Source of the DNA: an uncultured Phycisphaerales bacterium
GTDB lineage: Bacteria > Planctomycetota > Phycisphaerae > Sedimentisphaerales > Anaerobacaceae
NCBI GenBank assembly: GCA_963772725.1
Contig: CAVYYI010000002.1
Span: 1-64,000 of the forward strand
Reading direction: 5' to 3'
DNA length: 64,000 nucleotides
Positions 43,773 through 55,111 of this stretch are shown in pieces (the first letter of the stretch is position 1; every line of letters starts with the position of its first letter). The notes beneath the pieces were generated by a model. It did no database searches and was not told the origin of the DNA. It saw only the letters and a program-made list of their open reading frames with translations. The position numbers and the translations under genes are program-made.

Positions 43773-44354
43773 TTAATAAATATTCGTAAGAAGACGAGAT
43801 AGCAGTTCCATCGGCAGGCCCATTACGTTTGTCATGCTTCCTTCAATCCGCTCGACAAACTCATCGCCTGTTTCCTGGATAGCGTAAGCACCGGCTTTAT
43901 CCTGCCACGAACCACCTTTAATATGTTCAGTGATTTGCTTTTCGGTCATTTTTCGAGGATAAACTGTAGTCGTTTCGGCGGCGACTATTTCGGTGCGGCT
44001 GCTTATTCTTATAATAGCGATGCCGGTTATTACCTTGTGAGGCTTGCTGAATAATTTTCTTGTTATCATCTCCGCCTCTTTTGCATCAGCGGCTTTACCG
44101 ATAATATGGCCGTCAAAATCCACTATCGTATCGGCGCCGAGAACAATCGCGTCGGGAAATCCCGCTGCAACTTTTCTGGCCTTTACTAAAGCTAATTGTT
44201 TGGCATATTCTTCCGGCGCGATATTTTCCGCCGCGAATGATGATTCATCAACATTGGGCGGGATGACCGTAAATTTATAGCCCGCCTCGGTGAGCAGTTG
44301 TTTTCGCCGCGGCGATTTCGAGGCCAGAATTATATGAAACTGATGCTTTGACAC
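43773..44354 (-). CDS. maf: Maf family nucleoside triphosphate pyrophosphatase
   Basis: ILASKSPRR, GADTIV, DKAGAYAIQ, NVMGLP. Confidence 0.96.
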   Translation of the reverse strand: MSKHQFHIILASKSPRRKQLLTEAGYKFTVIPPNVDESSFAAENIAPEEYAKQLALVKARKVAAGFPDAIVLGADTIVDFDGHIIGKAADAKEAEMITRKLFSKPHKVITGIAIIRISSRTEIVAAETTTVYPRKMTEKQITEHIKGGSWQDKAGAYAIQETGDEFVERIEGSMTNVMGLPMELLSRLLTNIY

Positions 44355-44358
44355 TTTA

Positions 44359-45407
44359 TTAATTAAAACGTATGGGATAAACTATTTTTCTGCAGAAAAT
44401 AATATACTCTTTTTCTATCTGTTCAAAATCATCCCCGATATACTGCTCGAACAGTTGTGTCCCGACAGCGCGATTCCAGGATACGGTCAGAAGGATGTTT
44501 CTGTCCGCGGCGATTTTCTTGTTAATATCGCTTAACTCCCACCTGCCGTTCAACCCGTCCATAAGCAGCTTGTGATAGTTGCCAAGTCTTTTCCCGTAAT
44601 TGTTTTCTCTGAGAAATCTCACCAGTGCGTATGACTGCCCGTAAAAGGCTATTATCGAATCATCATTATCCGCTGAAAGAACTTCACCGGGATTTAGCGA
44701 GATAAGTTCCTTAAGAGGTATCATCTTGTTTCGCGCAAGAGTCTGTTTGAGCGTAGCCAATCGGTACAGATTCAAATCCGGTTCAAAGTAAAATAATCCG
44801 CCTTCGCTTCTGCTGGCCTCGAAGAGCATCGCTATGCCCTCATCGAGCCAACTCGGCAGGCGATAATGAAAATACCTGCTGTTAAACTGGTGCCATCCTT
44901 CATGCCCGAGAACAGAAAACGTGCGTTCTCTTCCTATATTATATGCCACACACGCCCCGTTCAGATAATAGCGCCGGCCTTTATTTTGCAGTACACCGCC
45001 GCGTTTGGTCCGGCGAAAACTTTTGTAAAAGCCTCCCACTGTTCCCGGCTTTCGAATAGATATACGGTAAACTTATTTGCCGATGAATTTACAGGCTGCG
45101 GAAGCTGATTGTTGTAACTGCGGTACGCCGATTCCATAAAAGCCGGTATCTGGGAAAGCATTAAAGACTCCAAAAACGTTGTACGAACATCGTAATGTTC
45201 GGTCGTGAGTTTCAGCCCAGGCCCATAACTATTCTGCCAGATTTCCACCGACCGAAGTGCAGGCAAATTTTGCCTCCGCAGATACTCCATCATTAAAACT
45301 CTTGTGTCCTTTTTATCGACCGCGACGGTATTTTTATGGGATTCCCTGCGAGCGCATCCGCCCAAACAGATAAGCATTAACAGCCAGAAGCAGATTTTTC
45401 TCAGCAT
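44359..45407 (-). CDS. Lipoprotein with gluzincin-like motif (DUF1570-like), frameshift near 44970
   Basis: Lipobox LGGC; HEGWHQ, LPSWLDEGIA, YGQSYALVRFL. Confidence 0.7.
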
Positions 45408-45505
45408 AAGGTACTCACATAATACTAAAAACTTAATTAAACTACATAGTTTGCGGTTTGTCAATGCGGATGTCCGGTAGTGATGGGATATATGCTAATC
45501 CAATG

Positions 45506-46126
45506 TTACTCTTCGGCGTGCTGGATAACGCGGCAAGATTCTATGGCACAGGACAAACCCGGGACTATAGCGGAGATATTACTGATTTCCCTGTCGCTTA
45601 ACGCGTTCGCCTGCGGTTTGTAAACCAGGATAAAGCCAGGACACAAACCAAAATGCCCCAGAGGAATTGTCGCCGCTGAAATTTTGCTTAGGACAGCGGG
45701 GCTGCTCTCAAGACCCATCGCGAGTAAATCATCGAGCGAGCAGACCTTATTCGATTCACATATATTTTCAACAAGTGAGCTGTTAAAACAATTTTCCAAA
45801 CGCTGTTTGTCTTCACCGGTTTGTTTATCTGTGTGCATCTCATGACTGTCTCGATGACGCAAAAAGAAAACAACCCTAACCCCGGCGATCTCTTCCTTAA
45901 TCAGTTTATCCGCGATATGAAAAAGACCATCCAAATCTGTTATGCCGATGATGGATTTATAAAAAAATGCCGTGAAACTTATAGCATCCAGAGCCTTGAT
46001 AAAGTCTCTTTGCGCATCGACCAGGTCGTTGCAAAGTATATCCATTTTTTGAGCCTGCTTTTTCCGCTCTTTATTAACACTCTTAACGAGCAGACGCAAT
46101 TTTCCATATCGTTCTTTATAGTCCAT
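45506..46126 (-). CDS. Hypothetical protein, coiled coil plus GAF-like domain
   Basis: C-terminal AATIPL...GFILVY pattern; sigma28-like TAAA-N15-GCCGAATT at 46176-46202. Confidence 0.55.
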   Translation of the reverse strand: MDYKERYGKLRLLVKSVNKERKKQAQKMDILCNDLVDAQRDFIKALDAISFTAFFYKSIIGITDLDGLFHIADKLIKEEIAGVRVVFFLRHRDSHEMHTDKQTGEDKQRLENCFNSSLVENICESNKVCSLDDLLAMGLESSPAVLSKISAATIPLGHFGLCPGFILVYKPQANALSDREISNISAIVPGLSCAIESCRVIQHAEE

Positions 46127-46313
46127 GTGCCTTATTTTTCCTAAAATGCGACTCTATAGCGATTTACACATAGAAAATTCGGCTTAATAAAGCCCCCCTT
46201 TAGCACTTTCTGTCAGCGATTTTACTTTTTTTCTTGAGTCGGTGGGATTATATTGGTATTTTTATCGGAAGTAAGAGCATATTAAAATATTGACTCTCGT
46301 GGAGTTCGAAAAA

Positions 46314-47000
46314 ATGGATTATCCTTCAGTATGGGTTATCATACCAGCTTACAACGAAGCCATGGTCTTGCCGGAAGTGCTTAAAGAGCTGCTCGACTGC
46401 AATCCGTCATATAATATTGTAGTCGTTGACGATGGCTCTGCTGATGACACCTTTGACGTCGCCGCCAGATATCCAGTTCATTTGCTAAGGCATCTGATTA
46501 ACCTCGGGCAGGGAGCGGCTTTGGCAACAGGTATCGAATACGCCCTTAAAGAAAAGGCCGACGTTGTTGTCACTTTTGACGCTGATGGACAAATGTCCCC
46601 CCAGGATATCGGCACGCTCGTAGATAAGGTGGTAAAGGAAAACTTCGACGCAGCATTAGGCTCAAGGTTTCTCACCGGCACACCGGAAGGAATAACCAAA
46701 TTGAAGAAAAAGCTTTTGAAACTGGCGACTATAATTACAAGGCTTACCACAGGCCTGAATCTCACCGATACCCATAACGGCATACGCGCTTTCAAGGCAC
46801 AGGCCATGAAAAAAGTTACAATCACACAGAACCAGATGGCGCACGCCTCTGAAATACTTTCCAAAATCGCGCACAATAAACTCACTTACTGCGAAGTGCC
46901 GGTAACAATCCGCTATACCCAGTACTCCAAAGCCAAGGGGCAATCCATTCTCAATTCAATTAATATCCTTTTTGAACTGTTCACGGGAGGTTCCAAATGA
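46314..47000 (+). CDS. GT2 glycosyltransferase (polyprenol-phosphate sugar synthase-like)
   Basis: IIPAYNE, VVDDGS, NLGQGAAL, TFDADGQ, GSRF. Confidence 0.92.
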   Translation: MDYPSVWVIIPAYNEAMVLPEVLKELLDCNPSYNIVVVDDGSADDTFDVAARYPVHLLRHLINLGQGAALATGIEYALKEKADVVVTFDADGQMSPQDIGTLVDKVVKENFDAALGSRFLTGTPEGITKLKKKLLKLATIITRLTTGLNLTDTHNGIRAFKAQAMKKVTITQNQMAHASEILSKIAHNKLTYCEVPVTIRYTQYSKAKGQSILNSINILFELFTGGSK

Positions 47001-47383
47001 GTTTTCTAATCGCCGCCGCCGAAGTAACGCAAAAAACAGGCAGTAACGGAATGACACCTATCAAAATTATTCTCATCGTTCTGCTGATTATCGTCCTGCG
47101 GGCCTTCATGGTTCAAAGGTCGCTGATTCTAACCAAGCGTATGGTTGGTTTTGCGATGTTTGTCATTTTGCTGCTGCTGGTTCTGTTTCCCAATGTCTCA
47201 ACACATATCGCTAATGCCATAGGTGTAGGCCGCGGCGCAGACCTTATTTTCTATTTCGCCCATCTTTTCGTATTGCTGCTTATTGTCGGCCTGTGGCGAA
47301 GAACCACCGTCCTGATGGCCAACATTACTAAACTGTCCCGCTCCATAGCCATCCAAAACGCCCAAAAACCGCAGAGAAAATAG
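46997..47383 (+). CDS. DUF2304-like membrane protein
   Basis: ATGA overlap with the GT2 gene; GVGRGADL motif, three TMs, ITKLSRSIA. Confidence 0.85.
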   Translation: MSFLIAAAEVTQKTGSNGMTPIKIILIVLLIIVLRAFMVQRSLILTKRMVGFAMFVILLLLVLFPNVSTHIANAIGVGRGADLIFYFAHLFVLLLIVGLWRRTTVLMANITKLSRSIAIQNAQKPQRK

Positions 47384-47641
47384 GACACGGATTTACACTC
47401 GATTGACAATGTCATTTTAAGACCGGATTAACCGGATAATCCTGTTACCATGTCAAAAACACTATTTTCCCTGCAATACGCACAACCAAAAACGCACAAC
47501 TATTCCCTTTCCGCATCGTTTATCGAGCGACAAGTTCCAACCGAAAAAAAATTGCCATAAATTCAGTCAGCCTGAGAATGGTTAGGACTTATAAAAGACG
47601 GCTTAATGAGATTAAAAAATTGGTTGTTTCGAATATTTCGC

Positions 47642-47671
47642 TTGACAAATATATCCGGCAATAGTTAAATT
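47642..47671 (+). promoter_or_regulatory. sigma70 promoter of the two-component pair
   Basis: TTGACA followed after 17-18 nt by TTAAAT/TAAATT. Confidence 0.55.
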
Positions 47672-47739
47672 GGGGCATTGAGGTAAGATAGGAGAAGGTA
47701 AAGACTAAGGGATTTGGTTAAAGAAGGGAAATAGATAAA

Positions 47740-48306
47740 ATGAAGGATTTATACACTACCGGGGACGTCGCTGATATCTGCAAAGTAAGTCAGCAAACTA
47801 TCATTCGGTGTTTCGATACCGGCAGAATAGAGGGCTTTCGTGTTCCAGGCTCAAAGTTCCGCAGAATTACCCGCCAAAGCCTAATTAAGTTTATGAAGGA
47901 AAACAAAATCCCGCTGGACAATCTTGATTCGGACAAAAAGAAAGTGCTGATTGTCGATGACGATGCGGAAATTGTGGAACTGATAGCGGATGTGCTTAAT
48001 CGCGACGGAAGATTCGAGACGAGAACGGCGGCCAGCGGCTACGAGGCGGGAATGCAAACGCAGCGGTTTCGCCCAGACCTGATATTGCTGGACTATATGC
48101 TCCCGGACGTCAATGGCAACGTCGTGTGCAAAACCATCAGGAGCAACCCTGAATTCGAGGATATTAAGATTATTATCGTCAGTGGTGTTGTAAAAAGGGA
48201 TGAAATCGACAGCCTGCTGAAATCCGGGGCTGAAGGATTCATAAAAAAGCCGTTCAACATCATTGAACTGACGAGCAAAATAACACAGGTCTTACAAATA
48301 AAATAA
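47740..48306 (+). CDS. Response regulator, N-terminal excisionase-like HTH plus C-terminal receiver
   Basis: YTTGDVADIC...FRVPGSKFRRI; LIVDDD, LLDYMLP, KKP. Confidence 0.92.
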   Translation: MKDLYTTGDVADICKVSQQTIIRCFDTGRIEGFRVPGSKFRRITRQSLIKFMKENKIPLDNLDSDKKKVLIVDDDAEIVELIADVLNRDGRFETRTAASGYEAGMQTQRFRPDLILLDYMLPDVNGNVVCKTIRSNPEFEDIKIIIVSGVVKRDEIDSLLKSGAEGFIKKPFNIIELTSKITQVLQIK

Positions 48307-48364
48307 TAACGGCGTATAACGGCTGAGAAACGCTATGTGATACGCGATTCAATATGAGGAAAAA

Positions 48365-50624
48365 ATGTCGGAGAGACTTGGTGATGCGGCGGCTGCTCAA
48401 CAAATAGAGCTTTTTATACATCAGCTCGAGGGGCTTTCGATTTTACCTGTTTCGGCGGCGCAATTTTTGAAGGTTTCCGTGGTGTCGCCATTATCGGGGT
48501 CAGCTTTGGCGGAAATTATCGAGGCGGACCCTGCTTTGACTGCAAAAATCATTTCGCTCTCCTATCAAAAGGGTGTGGATTTAAGCGAGGAAAATTTTTC
48601 CATCGCAAAGCTGCTCGAAAAAATACCAGAAAATCTCATTCGAGAAGCGTTTTTCTCTCTTAACATCCTCGAAACAAAGGCGAAGGATAAAGAGGCCGAT
48701 GTGATTGAAATGAGCCGGGGGATTGTGCTTCACAGTGTAACAGCCGCGTGCTGCGCGAAAGCCATCGCAGAGGTCGTTTCGCCGCGGATAGAGCCGCAGA
48801 TGGCTTATCTGGCGGGACTTATGCACGATATCGGCAAACTGTTTATCGCGCAGCAGATGCCAAAAAGTTTTGTCAGAATTGTCGAAGAGGCCAAATCACA
48901 GAACGCATCCTCGTGCGATATTGAGCGAAAGTATCTCGGGATTGACCATGCGGTAATCAGCAAACGCCTCGCTCAGAGATGGCATCTGGGCGAAGAAATA
49001 ACAAACGCGGTATGGCTTGGTCATATTGATAGTGACTCCCTGCCGAAAGATACGGCGGAATCAAGACTTGCCCTGCTCGTGCAATTAGCGGATTTGACAG
49101 CACGCCAAGCCGGCATAGGTTATTCGGGAAGTTACAATCCGACTGACTCCGTTGATAAAATCGTCGCGTTACTTGAAATTGACCCGCAGCAGATGGAGCG
49201 GATACGGCATAATCTTTCCAACGAGGTTTCGCGTAAAATCAAACCAGCCGGCCTGGATTCCGAGTCACAAATAAATTACAGCGGCATACTTTTAGATGCA
49301 GCGGCGCAATTATCCAGGGAAAACGCAAGGTTATCCGCTGAACAAAGCCGCCTGCAAAGTGCAGCGAATTATTTTGACTTCGCAACGGAATTTTTATCAG
49401 CAATAGATAGCGCTGCCGGTGCGATTGATATCGCTAAACAATTCGCGATTAGGTGGCAAAAGTTTTATCAGACAGGCAATGTTTGTCTGTATCTTGCGCC
49501 TGCAAGCCAATCGCGGCTGATTGAAGCGGTAATTGTGGAAAATCAGCAGGAGAAAAAAATGGTGTTGTTAAACGCACCTGCAGAGGTTCCCGTGATACCA
49601 ACAGCGATTAATAAATTCGCGGTTGCCGGCATTGGAGAGGAAAGTGACTGGCTGTTTGAGCAATTGGAAACTGAGTTCGAGTTAAGCCAGACAAAAATTG
49701 TACCGTTACTTTTCGGTAATAAAGCAATAGGTGTGATTGTTTTTGAGTTTCGCCAGCCGGTGGAATTGAACCGGATGTTTGAGAATTTTCGGACGACCGC
49801 GTCGCTGGCAGGAACAGTATTGGGGATAACACTCGGCTTACAAAAACAACAGGAGTTTGCGGAACATTTCGCAAGACCGATAGTGGCTCAAAAAATAACA
49901 CCGCCGCAACCAGTTCAAAAACAGGCAGTAATTGAGCAGCGGGATATTACAGAGAATCATATCGAAACTCTGGCGGAAATGGCGGCTGGAGCGGCGCATG
50001 AATTAAATAATCCGCTGGCTGTCATATCAGGGCGGGCGCAACTACTCAGCCAAGCCGAGACGGACCCGGAAAAAAAACGAATTTTGGAGCAGATTCAGGA
50101 AAATGCCGCTGCTATTTCGCAGATTGCCGATGGCCTGCTTGGTTTCGCGGAACCGCCTGCGCCGCGGCCTACAAATACGGATATTTCGCAGATTATAGAT
50201 GAGGCGGTGCAACTGGCGATGCAGAAAACAAAAAGAGAACATATCAACATCCAGACGGAAATTTCGCCGGACTGCCAGGAGTGTTTTCGCGGATTCAGCA
50301 CAGATAGCATCGGCGTTAGCGAACGTGTTTTCCAATTCGGTGGAATCATACAGCGGTACTCTCGGCCCGATAAAGGTTACGGCACAAACGGATGAATCGA
50401 GTGGGTTTATTAAACTGCGGATTTCTGATTTAGGCCGCGGAATGGACGCTGAAACACTGCGAAAGGCGACACAGCCGTTTTACTCTGTTCGCCCCGCCGG
50501 ACGAAGCCGCGGAATGGGATTGGCATACACGCAGAGGTTCATACAACTAAACAACGGGACGTTGAATATCGAAAGCCAGCCAAATGCCGGCACGACTGTT
50601 ATTATCACCCTGCCTTTTGCTTAA
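48365..50624 (+). CDS. HDOD-domain cytoplasmic histidine kinase (frameshift near 50280)
   Basis: DPALTAKI, HSV, GLMHDIGK; AHELNNPL; DLGRGM, PFYS, GMGL. Confidence 0.9.
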
Positions 50625-50752
50625 AAATAGAATAAAACAGTTACAACTTGGACAGAACCGTAATATGATTAAAATTAAAGGCTTTTCAATAAGGGATTTT
50701 AAGGCATATTTCCATAAAGCTATAAATTAGAAAAAGGTAAAAATTAAAAAAG

Positions 50753-50780
50753 TTGACATTTGGTTTCTTTTTGATATAAT
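50753..50780 (+). promoter_or_regulatory. Consensus sigma70 promoter
   Basis: TTGACA-N16-TATAAT with extended TG. Confidence 0.8.
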
Positions 50781-50813
50781 ATGTTTTTTGGGCTTTTTCA
50801 GTTGGATTACGAA

Positions 50814-51938
50814 ATGGGGAAAAGTAAGCTAAAATTTCAGGAGAAAATTTTATCTATCGACGGTGATAAGACGGAACTTCCCGAAGAGCAAACTCGGGAT
50901 TTCGAAGTCAAAAAGCTCAAAAGCAAATTAACTATTTTGGTACCTGCCTATAACGAAGAAAAACATATAGTAGAGACCATCGTAAGTCTTAAAAATCAGA
51001 CGCTTCCGCCTGAAGAGATTATAGTTATAGATGACTGTTCTACCGACCGAACCGCAGAAAAAGCAAGGCAAATGGGAGTAACAGTTGTATGCCCTCCAAA
51101 AAATACCGGTTCAAAAGCCGGAGCACAAAACTATGCTCTGCAGTTTGTACAAACAGAGTATATCATGGCTGTAGATGCAGATACCACATTGGACTTACAA
51201 GCAACTGAAAAGATAATGAAAGTCTTTGAAGATGATTCGATTGCCGCAGCCTGCGGTTTTGTGCTGCCGCGAAGGGTAAAAACCTTATGGGAACGCGGAA
51301 GATATATTGAATATCTTTTTGCATTTACTTACTACAAACCGATACAGGATTTTTATGAGAAGCCTTTGATATCTTCCGGCTGCTTCTCCGTATATCGGAC
51401 AGATATTCTCCAGCAAAATGGGGGCTGGTCAAGACGCACAATGGCTGAAGATATGGATTTGACTTGGAGTTATTATAATGCAAATTACAGAATACGGTTT
51501 GTTCCTGAGGCCATATCCTATCCCATTGAACCCCATAATTATCATTTTATGAGCAAGCAGCTGCGACGATGGTCACATGGTTTTGTGCAGAATGTATGCC
51601 TGCACTGGCGGGATTTATTAAGACACTCTTATCTCAGCTCAATTGTCGCTGTCGCTTTATGGGATTCGATAGTTGCATCATTATGCTATTTGACATTACT
51701 TCCTGTATTGGTAATAACAGTCCATCCTCTGTTTCTGTTAGGTTATATTGTTGATGCCCCGGCAGTCGCTGTGCCGATATTAATCAAAGGTTTTCAACGA
51801 AGAGAAACGATGAAAGTTCTGGCAAGTCTGCCTTGTTTTTTTGTTCTTAGAATAGTTAACAGCATATTTATGCTTAAAGCTTTATGGTTAGAAGTGATAA
51901 TGAAAAATCACCTGATGATTTATGAGAAAGGGCATTGA
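50814..51938 (+). CDS. Processive GT2 glycosyltransferase (PgaC/IcaA-like)
   Basis: VPAYNE, IDDCSTD, VDADT, AEDMD, QLRRW, C-terminal TMs. Start moved to 50814 because 50781 abuts the -10 box. Confidence 0.9.
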   Translation: MGKSKLKFQEKILSIDGDKTELPEEQTRDFEVKKLKSKLTILVPAYNEEKHIVETIVSLKNQTLPPEEIIVIDDCSTDRTAEKARQMGVTVVCPPKNTGSKAGAQNYALQFVQTEYIMAVDADTTLDLQATEKIMKVFEDDSIAAACGFVLPRRVKTLWERGRYIEYLFAFTYYKPIQDFYEKPLISSGCFSVYRTDILQQNGGWSRRTMAEDMDLTWSYYNANYRIRFVPEAISYPIEPHNYHFMSKQLRRWSHGFVQNVCLHWRDLLRHSYLSSIVAVALWDSIVASLCYLTLLPVLVITVHPLFLLGYIVDAPAVAVPILIKGFQRRETMKVLASLPCFFVLRIVNSIFMLKALWLEVIMKNHLMIYEKGH

Positions 51939-51939
51939 T

Positions 51940-52407
51940 ATGACAGCGGGTCTTCCTGGTACTGGTATCGGCGGGTTATTTTATATTCTTCTTTCTTTTT
52001 TTATGCCGATATTTCATGCTCAACGCATGTTTAAAGGCGAACACAAACCGCATCATTTTAAAGCGGGGGTATTCGCTATACTTTTGTCTGTCGGCATTCT
52101 ACTATCCTTATATGGCGAAGCAAAGCTTCTAACATATTTTTTCAATCGGATTGAAATACTAAATCTATTTACTATTCAGACAACAGCATTATCTAACTCC
52201 TCGGTTTTATCAGAAAATCGTGTTGCTGCCGCTATTATTCCGGCCTTGGCAGCAATGCCTTTTTTCATTCTGCTTTTACTTCTTGCCTTTCTCCAGCTTT
52301 TGCGTTTTCTTTTGTACGGCTTTAGCCAAAAAACAAAAAATCAAATATCCGACAGTGTTACAATATTCGATAATAACACAGCCGCTAATTGTGATAAAAT
52401 ATTATGA
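51940..52407 (+). CDS. Hypothetical membrane protein
   Basis: [15 protein letters not shown] plus three hydrophobic segments; coupled to both neighbours. Confidence 0.7.
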   Translation: MTAGLPGTGIGGLFYILLSFFMPIFHAQRMFKGEHKPHHFKAGVFAILLSVGILLSLYGEAKLLTYFFNRIEILNLFTIQTTALSNSSVLSENRVAAAIIPALAAMPFFILLLLLAFLQLLRFLLYGFSQKTKNQISDSVTIFDNNTAANCDKIL

Positions 52408-53174
52408 AACGATGTGCTTTCACACTAATAGAATTACTCGTGGTTATTTCAATAATAGCCTTATTGCTGGGCATACTCTTGCCCGCCCTGCAAAAAGTCA
52501 AAGGAGAGGCCCAAAATATCACCTGCAGGTCAAACCTGCGTCAGTATGGTTTGGCGATGTCGATTTATTTAGCTGACAACGACAGTGCCTTTCCTGACCC
52601 GCACTATTGGCTTTTTCGAAATCCTGCCGATCCTTTGATGGGACAGAAGCACTGCCAATGGCATAATAATTCACTTACTCCTGATGGCTCGCTCTGGAAC
52701 AGCCGTGAAGCCCGCAAGATTCATATGTGTCCCGCATTTTATACACTATCCAAACAAACAGGCTCAGAACATCCTTATCACGATAATTCAATCCCTATTC
52801 AACCGCATTATGCTTACAGCATGAATGCTTATCTTGGATTGAAAATGTTCGATGGAGTCATGAAGATTACAGAAGTGAGTAAACCTGCAACAATATTTCT
52901 TTTTTCAGAAGAAAATATGTGGCCTGTTCCTGGATTAACAGATTCGGTATTGAATGATACGGTTTTGTTGTCACGTTATTACCCTTTTCGGCCTGAAGAC
53001 ATCAGCGATACTTTTGGAACTTTTCACACTACTAAAGGAGGTGATTGGACTACAGGTAAAGCCAATCTTGTTTTTGTTGACAGCCATGTGGATTCCATTC
53101 ATATCGGCGTCAACAATAAAGATGATGGTTTCAAGGTAAGCTGGCCTAAAAAAGTAATCCCAAAAGACTTTTAG
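52404..53174 (+). CDS. Planctomycete-type prepilin-like protein (N-methylation domain plus H-X9-DG-like C-terminus)
   Basis: [37 protein letters not shown]...[10 protein letters not shown]. Confidence 0.88.
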   Translation: MKRCAFTLIELLVVISIIALLLGILLPALQKVKGEAQNITCRSNLRQYGLAMSIYLADNDSAFPDPHYWLFRNPADPLMGQKHCQWHNNSLTPDGSLWNSREARKIHMCPAFYTLSKQTGSEHPYHDNSIPIQPHYAYSMNAYLGLKMFDGVMKITEVSKPATIFLFSEENMWPVPGLTDSVLNDTVLLSRYYPFRPEDISDTFGTFHTTKGGDWTTGKANLVFVDSHVDSIHIGVNNKDDGFKVSWPKKVIPKDF

Positions 53175-53215
53175 GTCAATAAACGGCCTGCTGAACTTGT
53201 GCAATTTAGCAGCCC

Positions 53216-54782
53216 CTACTTGCTGATATCCTTTTGGAGTTTGTATTCGACGCTGTCAACGAGGGCCTGCCAGCTTGCTTCGATTACGTTTTCAGAGACG
53301 CCGACCGTTCCCCAGATTGCATTTTTGTCGCGCGATTCGATTATAACACGAACTCTCGCGGCGGTTCCGGCGCGGGCATTTACGACCCTGACCTTGTAAT
53401 CAAACAGATGAACATCTTTAATAGCAGGATAGAACTTCTCGAGAGCCTTACGCAAAGCAGCATCAAGAGCATTCACAGGACCATCTCCCTCGCCAACAAC
53501 ATGTTCGGTCTTGTCACCGACTTTGAGTTTAACAGTTGCTTCGGTGGTGGACCCGTTTTCAGCACGACGTTCAGCGGTAACGTGATACTTAATCAGCTCG
53601 AACGCCGGTTTGTAAGTACCCATTATTTTTTTCACAAGCAGGTCGAAACTGGCATCGGCGGCCTCAAACTGATAGCCTTCATTTTCAAGCTGCTGAACAC
53701 GCGAAAGTATCTGACCAGCCAATTTCTTATCCTTGCTCGCCTCGGTCTTTTCGAGTTTCGCAAGAATGTTGCTGCGTCCGCTGAGTTCTGATATAAGAAA
53801 ACGGCGTTCATTGCCAACGGTAACGGGGTCGATATGCTCATAAGCCAGTTTATTTTTCCGGAGGGCGTCCACATGCAGTCCTGCCTTGTGCGCAAAGGCG
53901 CTTTCACCGACATACGGCATGTTCATAATCGGGGCCATGTTCGAAATCTCAAAAACATAACGCGATACTTCCGTGAGAGTCTTAATTTTCTCCCGGCTAA
54001 GCGTTTCAAAGCTGGTCTTAAAGGCAAGGTTGGGAATTACGGCGACACAAATTAGCGTTGCCGCACCGCTCACCAAGTCCGTTGATAGTGCCTTGGACTT
54101 GTCTCGCACCGGCACGAACAGCCGCCAGACAATTCGCTGTCGCGCAATCCGTATCATTATGGGTATGAATCCCGACAACAACTCCGCCGAATTCCTTACA
54201 AACTGTGGAAGTGATTTCATAGATTTCATTTGGCAAAGAACCGCCGTTAGTATCGCAGAGAACCAGCGCATCTGCGCCAGCCTGTGCCGCTGCCGAGAGA
54301 ACCTTCATCGCGTATTCCGGATTACGCTTGTAACCATCGTAAAAATGTTCCGCGTCGAAAACCGTTTCGTGGCCGTGCTTTTTCATGTGTTGCACCGACT
54401 CGGCGCAAATTTTCAGGTTCTCATCCAAAGAACAGCCCAGCACGTCTTTGACATGCAGATCCCAGGTTTTGCCGACCAATGTAGCAACAGGCACTTTGCA
54501 GGCGAGAATCGCATTGAGCGAGACATCATCGGAAACAGTGGCGTCGGCCCTGCGGGTGTTGCCGAACGCAGCGATTTTCGAGTTTTTCAGCTTGAGCTTT
54601 GCCGCCTCCTGAAAAAACTGCTGTTCCTTGGGATTCGAGGCGGCGTATCCCCCTTCTATATAATCCAGGCCAAGCTGGTCGATACATTTGGCAATCGAGA
54701 GCTTATCCTCGAGCGAAAAACTGATTCCTTCAGCCTGCATACCATCACGTAGGGTCGTGTCATAAAGCTTTATTTTTCCCAT
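53216..54782 (-). CDS. cimA: Citramalate synthase (frameshift near 54050)
   Basis: YDTTLRDGMQ, DAEHFYDGY, HTHND, GERCGNANL, AFAHKAGLH, EGDGPVNALD, WGTVGVS. Confidence 0.93.
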
Positions 54783-55111
54783 AGTTATAATGATTTATAT
54801 CGATTTTCAATAATAAACCCGTCATTTCAATTATTTCAAAATTATAAACAAAGGTTTATTCTACCCTTACAAACGATTATGTAAAGGACAAAATCTGCAG
54901 ATATACTACTGGACTTTATGATTAAAATAACGCATACACTCCATTTAGTGTGTCGGATAGCAAAATAGTGCAAAAATTAGACTTTAGACTTGTATTTTTG
55001 TGGTCGATTATTTGGGATAATTAAGAAAGAAGTAAGAAGTTAGAAACCAGAATATAGTGTGAAAAAAATAAGATTATCCTGTTATCCTGTCAAAACAAAT
55101 TAAGGAGTGCT

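Noticed and set aside
54783..55111. ZTP or THF riboswitch upstream of fhs
   Set aside because: Region is AT-rich with no recognisable conserved aptamer
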